The notes under the pieces: model-generated
What the model saw: the letters and a program-made list of their open reading frames with translations, nothing else
Told to the model about the DNA's origin: nothing
Databases searched by the model: none
In this document: positions 56,966-64,000 of the stretch, piece after piece
Numbering within the stretch: position 1 is the stretch's first letter
Layout: every line of letters starts with the position of its first letter
Made by a program: the position numbers and the translations under genes
Source: Candidatus Iainarchaeum sp.
Lineage (GTDB): Archaea > Iainarchaeota > Iainarchaeia > Iainarchaeales > JAXPJC01
Direction of reading: 5' to 3'
Length of the DNA stretch: 64,000 nt
Assembly: GCA_016187745.1 (NCBI GenBank)
Contig: JACPJC010000003.1
Location: 1-64,000 of the forward strand

Positions 56966-56990
56966 TATGATTTTGCTCTATTGATGAATT

Positions 56991-58001
56991 ATGCCTGCGC
57001 AAAAACAAAACTTTCCTTTCATTTCAATAATTGTGCCCTTCAAGAAGGACTACCCATGGGTGCGCGAGTGCGTGGAATACTGCAAGGCGCTTGATTATCC
57101 CAAAAACAAATATGAAATTATACTATTGCCAGATGTTCCTGTAAACAGGAAGGATTTCCCTGATTGCAAAATAATCGTAACAGGGGTTGTGAACCACTCC
57201 GCAAAGCGCAATGCGGGAATGCGCGCTTCTCGTGCAGAACTTTTTGCATTCATTGATTCGGATGCCTATCCTGAGAAAGGCTGGCTGAAAAATGCCGCAA
57301 AATATGCTGATGATGAGGGCATTGGCGCATTTGGCGGACCCAATTTAACGCCGCATAATGCAAATTTGATGGAAACAATAAGCGGATATGTGCTTGCAAA
57401 TACTATTGCCGCGGGAAATATTGCTGTGCGCTACAGGATTGACAAAATTCAGGAAGCTCCGATGGTGCCGAGCTGCAACATGTTCATAAGCAGGAGTTCC
57501 GCGGAAAAGCTGAAAAGGGAAAAGGGGCATTTGTGGGATGAGAAGGCGCTTGCATATGAGGACCAGAAAATCTGCTATGAGCTGCGCGACCTCGGAAAGC
57601 GCATCATGTATGTAAGCGATGCTATTGTTTATCATCACAGGCGCGAAATGTTTTTGCCGCACATGGAGCAGATGTGGAATTACGCAAGGGATGAGGCCTC
57701 ACTCATGAAAGAGCGCATGAAATTTGACAGGATTATAGTAATGATGCCGAGCCTGTTTGTTTTGTGGCTTGCATTTGGATGGATTGTTCCAATTATTAAT
57801 GTACTTTATCTTCCGACGATTCTGCTCTATTTCATTGCAATTGCGGCATCAGGCATTACCCAGGATGCGGGACTGAGCCCGCTGATATTTGTGGGAATTT
57901 TCCTTACTCATATTGCATATGGGCTGGGATTCCTGCGCGGGCTGCTGCTTCCGAAAGTGGAGTTCAGCGCGGAATTCAAGAGAATTACTTACAACAAATA
58001 A
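56991..58001 (+). CDS. Glycosyltransferase family 2
   Basis: ISIIVP, KRNAG, FIDSD, GGP, YED, VYHHRR and C-terminal TMs. Confidence 0.88.
   Translation: MPAQKQNFPFISIIVPFKKDYPWVRECVEYCKALDYPKNKYEIILLPDVPVNRKDFPDCKIIVTGVVNHSAKRNAGMRASRAELFAFIDSDAYPEKGWLKNAAKYADDEGIGAFGGPNLTPHNANLMETISGYVLANTIAAGNIAVRYRIDKIQEAPMVPSCNMFISRSSAEKLKREKGHLWDEKALAYEDQKICYELRDLGKRIMYVSDAIVYHHRREMFLPHMEQMWNYARDEASLMKERMKFDRIIVMMPSLFVLWLAFGWIVPIINVLYLPTILLYFIAIAASGITQDAGLSPLIFVGIFLTHIAYGLGFLRGLLLPKVEFSAEFKRITYNK
57963..58000 (+). repeat. Direct repeat, copy 1 (3' end of the GT2 gene)
   Basis: 35/38 identical to 58669-58706. Confidence 0.85.
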
Positions 58002-58033
58002 ATGCATATATTTAAGTAAGTTTCTAACCAATA

Positions 58034-58051
58034 TTATAACTTATGTTATAA
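58034..58051. promoter_or_regulatory. Palindromic operator TTATAAC-ttat-GTTATAA
   Basis: 7-bp inverted repeat between a TTTAAG box and ATG 58069. Confidence 0.5.
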
Positions 58052-58068
58052 CAACACAAGGTGCCCCA

Positions 58069-58353
58069 ATGACGGATTGGATTAAAAAAGCACTGGAAAA
58101 ATACAGCAGAAACACGGTATTTGTGCATTTCCATCCGCATGCAGACATTAAAGTTCCGACAAGAAATGTTGATGTCGACAAAATTGTCAGCACTGCAAGA
58201 AGAGGCAGGATATATGAAAGGAAGTCAACATATCCGAACAGAATCGCATTCAGCAATTTCTTCAAGGAAGGTTATACTTATGTTGTTATAGTAGAATTAT
58301 TTCCAGATTCATTTCAGGTGAAAACCGTATGGAAAATAAAGGGGAGGATTTGA
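58069..58353 (+). CDS. Putative toxin, DUF4258/BrnT/RelE-like
   Basis: 94 aa; FHPHA..K...R, YVVIVE...VKTVW; upstream of a Zn-finger antitoxin; start moved from 57889. Confidence 0.6.
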   Translation: MTDWIKKALEKYSRNTVFVHFHPHADIKVPTRNVDVDKIVSTARRGRIYERKSTYPNRIAFSNFFKEGYTYVVIVELFPDSFQVKTVWKIKGRI

Positions 58354-58354
58354 T

Positions 58355-58663
58355 ATGATAAAAGTAAAATGCAATTGCGGCGGCGAATTCAGAGAGCAGA
58401 CAGTCGAATTTGAGGGTTTTGATGTAAAGGGATTAAAATGCAGCAAGTGCGGGGAACTGACATTCACGCCAGAGCAATTCAGGAAGATTCTTGCACTGAA
58501 GGAATTGGCAAAAGAAGTCAATTCAACAAGGAAAGTGGTAAAAATAGGGAATTCTCTGGGCATAACACTGCCTAAAGCAATAAATGCTCTTGGATTGAAA
58601 GTTGGCAGCAAGATTGCATTAAGGCTCGAAGACAGAAAAAGGCTTCAGTTGGTTGTTGCTTAA
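58355..58663 (+). CDS. YgiT/MqsA-type zinc finger fused to an AbrB/MazE DNA-binding domain, putative antitoxin
   Basis: CNCGG...CSKCGE..F; RKVVKIGNSLGITLPK...LGLKVG. Confidence 0.8.
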   Translation: MIKVKCNCGGEFREQTVEFEGFDVKGLKCSKCGELTFTPEQFRKILALKELAKEVNSTRKVVKIGNSLGITLPKAINALGLKVGSKIALRLEDRKRLQLVVA

Positions 58664-58668
58664 TAGGA

Positions 58669-58706
58669 TTCAGCGCCGAATTCAGGAGAATTACCTACAA
58701 CAAATA
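58669..58706 (+). repeat. Direct repeat, copy 2
   Basis: 35/38 identical to 57963-58000. Confidence 0.85.
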
Positions 58707-58748
58707 GAATAATAAATGCAAGAGCACTAAATTCATTGTGAGAAGCCG

Positions 58749-59477
58749 ATGAATCCTAAATTACATAAATTGTTCAAGAAGAAAATGCCAAAGCCAAATG
58801 CATTTGCAAGAAAATACGCGATAACCCTTTCAGACCTTGAGCAAACGAAGGTAACGACACCTTTGGCTGCTGGCATTATAACCGGTGCTATTGCTAAAGA
58901 GGTTATTAGTCAATATGGAATTCCCCCTGTTGTTGGTATGCCTGTTGTTCTTTACAACATATATTCGGCAGGATCTCTTGCAAGCCTTGCAGTGAACAAA
59001 GCACTCAGATATAGAATTGCAAACTGCATAGGCAGACCAAGGTTTGCACGTAAGCTGATCTCTGAGCTTAAAAAGCAAGGAATGGAAAGAAATGCACTAG
59101 ACCCAAAACGTCTAAATGTATTAGGATGGCTAGAGAACATATCTTATATTAAGGGTGCATCGCATAGGGAAATCAAACAACTAAGAAATGAATTTATAAA
59201 AGGCAATTTTGGTTCTGTAAGGTCTGCACTTAAAGAAATTTCATCATTTCAATATTTCAGAGAAAAAAATGGAAATCTTGCAGGGCTTATACTCAAGAGA
59301 ATTGAGGAAAAAAATGGAAAAGGTTTAGATGCCATCAAAATAACAAATTCTATTCTTAATGAATTCTTTGTTAGTAAAAAGTATGGTCACCAAATTAACA
59401 TAAGAAATAAGTTATATAGTATAAGAATCCACAACCTAGAAGGAGAATGGCATGTGGAACTAATTGAGTCGAAATAA
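58749..59477 (+). CDS. Hypothetical basic protein, low GC
   Basis: 242-aa ORF filling the gap; no motif recognised. Confidence 0.6.
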   Translation: MNPKLHKLFKKKMPKPNAFARKYAITLSDLEQTKVTTPLAAGIITGAIAKEVISQYGIPPVVGMPVVLYNIYSAGSLASLAVNKALRYRIANCIGRPRFARKLISELKKQGMERNALDPKRLNVLGWLENISYIKGASHREIKQLRNEFIKGNFGSVRSALKEISSFQYFREKNGNLAGLILKRIEEKNGKGLDAIKITNSILNEFFVSKKYGHQINIRNKLYSIRIHNLEGEWHVELIESK

Positions 59478-59487
59478 ATATTGTTAC

Positions 59488-60963
59488 TTAAGCCTGCTCT
59501 ATTTCCCGGTCTGTAAGCAAATCGCGCTTTTGCTCCGGATCTTCCTGCGCGCTTTCGCTCGGCTTGCTCCTTATCATTTCAAGCAGAGCTTGCAGGCCCT
59601 TGAAGGAAATGTAAATGTCCTGCGGGGAGCGCAGGCTTGCAATCCTGCTGAGTATGTAGCGCGGCCTTGAATAGAAGCGCTTGAAGGCATATGTGCGCAG
59701 ATATTCAATCTGCTCCTTTGTCATTGTATATGGAACAAAGGAAACATGGTGCATTGTTAATCTGTCAATATCCCCAATCAGCTTGCCGTATTTGCCTATA
59801 TTGTCATAGAGGTCTGTCCCGGGAAGGGGGGTAAGTGGGAAGAATTCCGCATAAAACGGATTCAATTTGCATGCGAATTCAATTGTTTGGAGCGCCTCCT
59901 CATAAGTTTCGCCGGGAATTCCGAGGATAAAGGTGCAGAAGCTTTTTAGGCCAAGGGAATGGGTCAATTTAAGCGCCTTTTCAACGCGCTCAAGCGTTGT
60001 GCCCTTCCTGAGAGTATTCAGGTTTTTCTGCACTCCGCTTTCTATCCCGAACTGCAGATACCAGCAGCCCGCGCGCTTCATTGCAAGCAGCATTTCCTTA
60101 TCTATTGAATCAACCCTTGCTGTTGCGCTCCATGTGATGTCGAAATTGCGTTTTTTGAATTCATTGCAGGTTTCTATTACATTTTTCTTGTCGTATGTGA
60201 AAAGCTCGGTCCAGAATTTCACTTCCTTAATTCCATATTTCTGTATGTAAAATTCAAGCTCATCCGCGACTTTTATGGGATTGCGCGTTCTGATGGTGCG
60301 CCCGGAGATTTTCGAGCAGAAGATGCAGTTCATTGGGCAGCCCCTTGACATTACCAGTTCGCCTGAAGGGAGCCTGCGGTAATGGCCAATGCTCGGCCTG
60401 TAGTTATGCAAATCTATCAAATCAAATGCCGGGTATGGAAGGGAATCCAAATCCTGGAGCAGGGGGCGCATTGGCGTTTTAACTATTCTTTTGCCATCCC
60501 TGAAAATTATTCCCTTTACATCGGCAAGGCTTTTGCGTTTCTCAAGCCTTTCAAGCAGCTCAACAATTGTCTGCTCCCCCTCCCCATAAACAACCGCATC
60601 CAATTCAGCGCAGTCCTGCAGGCTTTTTTCCATAAGCGCTGTTGGATGCGGCCCCCCGACTAAAATGAAAAGATTCGGATTTTGGGCTTTCGCCTGTTGT
60701 ATGAGCTCCTTTGCATGGAACCAGAGCATTGTTACAACTGAAATTCCGAGAAATTCCGGGTCATAGGACTTGATTTCGCGGAGCATCTGCGGAAGCGAGC
60801 AAACAGCGCCGTCAATCACTTTCACTTCATGGCCTGCCTCGCGAGCGCATGCCGCTAGATAGAGAATTCCTGTAGGCGCTGTAAGGCCTGCGACATTCTC
60901 CTGCAGCTCGGCCATGTGCGTATCCCTGAAACTCCACGGGGGAACAACAAAAAGCGCTCTCAT
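59488..60963 (-). CDS. Cobalamin-dependent radical SAM protein
   Basis: PTGILYL, GGPHPT, GEGE, SRGCPMNCIFC, GIESG, PLPGT. Confidence 0.92.
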   Translation of the reverse strand: MRALFVVPPWSFRDTHMAELQENVAGLTAPTGILYLAACAREAGHEVKVIDGAVCSLPQMLREIKSYDPEFLGISVVTMLWFHAKELIQQAKAQNPNLFILVGGPHPTALMEKSLQDCAELDAVVYGEGEQTIVELLERLEKRKSLADVKGIIFRDGKRIVKTPMRPLLQDLDSLPYPAFDLIDLHNYRPSIGHYRRLPSGELVMSRGCPMNCIFCSKISGRTIRTRNPIKVADELEFYIQKYGIKEVKFWTELFTYDKKNVIETCNEFKKRNFDITWSATARVDSIDKEMLLAMKRAGCWYLQFGIESGVQKNLNTLRKGTTLERVEKALKLTHSLGLKSFCTFILGIPGETYEEALQTIEFACKLNPFYAEFFPLTPLPGTDLYDNIGKYGKLIGDIDRLTMHHVSFVPYTMTKEQIEYLRTYAFKRFYSRPRYILSRIASLRSPQDIYISFKGLQALLEMIRSKPSESAQEDPEQKRDLLTDREIEQA

Positions 60964-61002
60964 GAAAATAATATGTTCTGCACCTGAATTAAAAGCTATT
61001 TA

Positions 61003-61018
61003 TTTGAGGCTTGTACTA
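61003..61018 (-). promoter_or_regulatory. Conserved upstream motif TAGTACAA-NN-CTCAAA
   Basis: Exact match; its TAG is also the stop codon of the 61016-61429 ORF. Confidence 0.6.
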
Positions 61019-61429
61019 TTTCTTCATTCCGGGAATCCAGAGGCCGGGCCTGCCCTTTATGAGGCATTCCGCAATGTCAGCATAGAAATGAAGCAGAATC
61101 CCGAGGGCAAAGGCGGCATTCCAGAGGTAAATGCCGAGCGCTGTAATCAATGCAACGAAATAAATGTTGTGGAAATAGGACTTGTTTGTTGTGTTTCTGT
61201 TGTCGTAATAGTATTTGTATGCCTCTATTATTTTCCACTGCCTGATGAGCCTGCGCGTATGGGCGTGCATGCTTGTTTTCTGGAAAAGAATGCAGGGCAC
61301 ATGGTCAAGCACATCAATGAAAATTGTAAGGAAAAGCGCCGCAACAAGGACAAGCTTTGGCATCGGGATGAATGAGGCAATTACCATATATGCCAGCGCG
61401 GTAACAACAAGATGGTTAAGGGAGTTCAT
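61016..61429 (-). CDS. Small membrane protein, metal-dependent-hydrolase-like
   Basis: N-terminal His, IDVLDH, FHN, LHFYAD. Confidence 0.6.
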   Translation of the reverse strand: MNSLNHLVVTALAYMVIASFIPMPKLVLVAALFLTIFIDVLDHVPCILFQKTSMHAHTRRLIRQWKIIEAYKYYYDNRNTTNKSYFHNIYFVALITALGIYLWNAAFALGILLHFYADIAECLIKGRPGLWIPGMKK

Positions 61430-62370
61430 TTTTGTTCCCTGAAATATTCAATGGTTCTTTTCAGACCTTCTTCCAGCTCCACTTTAGGATGCCAGTTGAA
61501 AAGCTTTTTTGCGAGCGCTATGTCGGGCTTGCGCCTTTCGGGATCGTCCTTGGGAAGGGGCTTGAAAATTATCTCGGATTTTGAATTTGCAAGCTCTTTT
61601 ATTTTTTGCGCGAGCTCCAGGATTGTGAATTCGTTCGGATTGCCTATATTCACGGGGAGATTGTAGTTTGCCTGCATAAGCCTCCAGATGCCGTCAATCT
61701 CATCGGAAACATAGCAGAAGGAGCGGGTTTGCTGCCCGGAACCGTAAATTGTAATGGGCTTGTTGTGCAGGGCCTGGTTTATGAAGTTTGTTACAACTCT
61801 CCCGTCATCGGCGCGCATTTTCGGGCCGTAGGTATTGAAGATGCGCACAATCCTCGTATCCAGGGAGTATTTGCGGTAATAGGCCATTACGAGCGCTTCG
61901 GAAAATCTTTTGCTCTCGTCATAGCAGGACCTTGGGCCTATTGAATTCACATTGCCCCAGTAGCTCTCGTCCTGCGGGATTTTCAGTGCGCTCCCATAGA
62001 CCTCGGAAGTGCTTGCCTCAAAGAATCTCGCCTTATTTTTGAGCGCCAGGTCAAGCATGTTCTTTGTCCCAAGGGAATTTACTAGCAGAATCTCCTCCGA
62101 AAGCCTGTCAAAATCAACAGGGGAAGCGGGCGAAGCAAGATTGTAAATTTCATCAATTTTTGAATTTAATTTCAGCGGGGCAGTAATGTCGTGCTTTATG
62201 AATGTGAAGTTCCTGTTTTTGAGCAGGTGCTGAACATTCTGCTTTCTCCCTGTGATTAAATTGTCAACGCATATTACTTTGTTGCCTTTCGCAATCAGCA
62301 AATCGCACAAATTGCTGCCCAAAAAGCCGGCGCCGCCCGTTACTAAGATTGTTTTCTGCTCCCTAGCCAT
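61426..62370 (-). CDS. UDP-glucuronate decarboxylase (UDP-xylose synthase family)
   Basis: [55 protein letters not shown]. Confidence 0.92.
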   Translation of the reverse strand: MAREQKTILVTGGAGFLGSNLCDLLIAKGNKVICVDNLITGRKQNVQHLLKNRNFTFIKHDITAPLKLNSKIDEIYNLASPASPVDFDRLSEEILLVNSLGTKNMLDLALKNKARFFEASTSEVYGSALKIPQDESYWGNVNSIGPRSCYDESKRFSEALVMAYYRKYSLDTRIVRIFNTYGPKMRADDGRVVTNFINQALHNKPITIYGSGQQTRSFCYVSDEIDGIWRLMQANYNLPVNIGNPNEFTILELAQKIKELANSKSEIIFKPLPKDDPERRKPDIALAKKLFNWHPKVELEEGLKRTIEYFREQK

Positions 62371-63097
62371 GGAATTCCCTTCTTGCCTGCTCCAGGGCCT
62401 CGGGCCAGCCTATGTCAAAGTATTTCTCCTCGTAAACAAACCCATAGAGCTCCTTTCTTTCAGTAAGCCAGATCATGAAATATCCCATCTTGTCAGGATT
62501 GCCGCCGGAATTAAGATATTCGCTGATTAGTTTTAGTTTTTCCCTCGGAAAGAAATATATGCCCGGGGAGACATAGGTTGTTTTCGGCTCTTTTGGCTTC
62601 TCTTCAAAGAGAATTACCCTTTTTGAGGCATCTATTGACGCATTGCCCTGCTCCTGCGCGACTTTCAGGGATTTTGCATCATGCAAGGCATTTACAATAA
62701 CCCTTTTTTCCTTGAAGAACTCATATATCCTCCTCAATGAAAAGTTGAAGAGATTGTCCCCGTTAATGCTGATTAAATCATCGTCAATGCTTCCTTTCCG
62801 CAGGGCAAGTGCAATGTCCCCGATCTGCCCTAATCTGTTCTCATTCGAGGTTGTGTCGTCATTCAGGAGCTTTATCGGGATTCTGGAATTAAAATTCTTC
62901 AGCCAGGACTCAAAGTTCGGATAGAACTTTGCATTCGACACAATGTAGATTTCATCCACTGAATCCAACTCAACAATTTTGTCGATTATGTGCTCTATCA
63001 TCGGCTTCCCCTGTATATCGAGCAGTGCTTTCGGCATGTTCTCGGTCAGGGGATAAAGGCGTGTCGCGTATCCCGCTACCGGAATTATTGCTTTCAT
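62363..63097 (-). CDS. Sugar-1-phosphate nucleotidyltransferase family protein
   Basis: [36 protein letters not shown]; GGAGG before ATG 63097. Confidence 0.88.
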   Translation of the reverse strand: MKAIIPVAGYATRLYPLTENMPKALLDIQGKPMIEHIIDKIVELDSVDEIYIVSNAKFYPNFESWLKNFNSRIPIKLLNDDTTSNENRLGQIGDIALALRKGSIDDDLISINGDNLFNFSLRRIYEFFKEKRVIVNALHDAKSLKVAQEQGNASIDASKRVILFEEKPKEPKTTYVSPGIYFFPREKLKLISEYLNSGGNPDKMGYFMIWLTERKELYGFVYEEKYFDIGWPEALEQARREFHG

Positions 63098-63116
63098 TTT
63101 CTTTTCCTCCTCAGTA

Positions 63117-63179
63117 AAACATTGAGCACACCAAAACATTTGGCACACGAGGTTTGCCAGCCAAGCGTGCTCAATGTTT
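63117..63179. repeat. Intergenic hairpin element with a 13-bp perfect inverted repeat
   Basis: AAACATTGAGCAC (63117-63129) / GTGCTCAATGTTT (63167-63179); TCAG direct repeat at 63111 and 63179. Confidence 0.7.
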
Positions 63180-64000
63180 CAGCGCCCCATGCAGATGTAA
63201 TTGAAGCCGAGCGCCTTCATTTTTTCCTTTTCAAACAAATTGCGCCCGTCAATTATCAATGGTGCTTTCATTGCGCTTTTTATTTTTCCCAGGTCCATTT
63301 CCCTCACTTCCTTCCACTCAGTAATTATAAGCAATGCTTCCGCCCCCTTTGCGGCGCCATAAGCATCGGCGCAGTATTCGATTTTATTCCCGAAGAGTTT
63401 CTTGGCATTCTCCTCTGCCTTGGGGTCAAATGCCTTTATCCTTGCACCCTCCGCAAGCAGTGCATTGATCACATCAACGCTTGGGGCAAATCTCATGTCA
63501 TCAGTGTCAGGCTTGAACGCAAGCCCTAAAACTCCAATTGTTTTGCCCTTCAGGTTCCACAAGGCGCTTTCAATCTTTTTTATGAAATTTCTCCTCTGCA
63601 CTTCATTTATTTTCTGCACTTCCTTCAGCAATGCGAAATCATAGCCCTTTTTTTCTGCAATCCTTATGAAGGCTTCGGCATCCTTCGGGAAGCAAAACCC
63701 CCCGTAGCCAAGGCCCGCGGCAAGGAAGCGCTTTCCTATCCTTTCATCATAGCCCATCCCTTCCGCCACTTTTTTAACATCCGCCCCAGTAAGCTCGCAG
63801 ATATTTGCAATTGCATTAATGAAGGAGATTTTTGTTGAGAGGAATGCGTTGCTCGCGTGCTTTATTATTTCCGCGCTCTTAATGTCAGTAAATAGAATTG
63901 GCGCATTCAGCGGGGCATATAATTTTTTCATAATTTCCTGCGCATGCCCGCTCTCTGTCCCTATTACAATCCTATTGGGTTTCATGAAATCATTCACTGC
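63179..64000 (-). CDS. ugd: UDP-glucose 6-dehydrogenase, 5'-truncated by the window edge
   Basis: AEIIKHASNAFL..KISFIN, GYGGFCFPKD, GLAFKPDTDDMR, DGRN. Confidence 0.92.
   Translation of the reverse strand, partial: AVNDFMKPNRIVIGTESGHAQEIMKKLYAPLNAPILFTDIKSAEIIKHASNAFLSTKISFINAIANICELTGADVKKVAEGMGYDERIGKRFLAAGLGYGGFCFPKDAEAFIRIAEKKGYDFALLKEVQKINEVQRRNFIKKIESALWNLKGKTIGVLGLAFKPDTDDMRFAPSVDVINALLAEGARIKAFDPKAEENAKKLFGNKIEYCADAYGAAKGAEALLIITEWKEVREMDLGKIKSAMKAPLIIDGRNLFEKEKMKALGFNYICMGR

Noticed and set aside
63179-63230. KMKALGF near the end of Ugd as a fourth ALGY tail
   Set aside because: Not terminal, and part of the usual Ugd C-terminus (GFxYxxxGR)
1-64000. Frequent GCGC and TTGCAA words as a dispersed repeat; tRNA or rRNA genes
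   Set aside because: The words are explained by codon preference (ATT/CTT-GCA, GCG-CTT) and were not quantified; no cloverleaf or rRNA-like stretch was found in the short intergenic gaps

Overview
A 64-kb, gene-dense archaeal segment. Evidence for an archaeon: TATA-like boxes, often 25-35 nt before starts, a thiolase/DUF35 pair, RHH/PIN modules and a solo Cas4. A DPANN-type origin is my inference and is not proven. The window is mostly one very large surface-glycan biosynthesis and modification locus. It holds GT2, GT4, GT9 and GT-C-like transferases, two Wzx-type flippases, three DegT aminotransferases, UDP-glucuronate and UDP-xylose genes, an ADP-heptose operon lacking gmhA but carrying a cupin-kinase fusion, a CysN/CysD sulfate-activation module with two alkaline-phosphatase-superfamily proteins, three class I methyltransferases and ten cobalamin-dependent radical SAM paralogues (one broken). 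Non-obvious signals read from the DNA: (1) a repeated upstream motif TAGTACAA-NN-CTCAAA in front of several glycan operons; (2) a C-terminal 'L(R/K)ALGY(M/L)*' tail shared by three unrelated proteins of the sulfate module; (3) two convergent RHH/PIN pairs; (4) a TA-like cassette flanked by a 38-bp duplication of a glycosyltransferase 3' end; (5) two unannotated small ORFs with identical 16-nt ribosome-binding/start sequences, each followed by a hairpin; (6) two short inverted-repeat insertions. No rRNA, tRNA or CRISPR array was seen. All product calls come from motif recognition by eye, with no database search.
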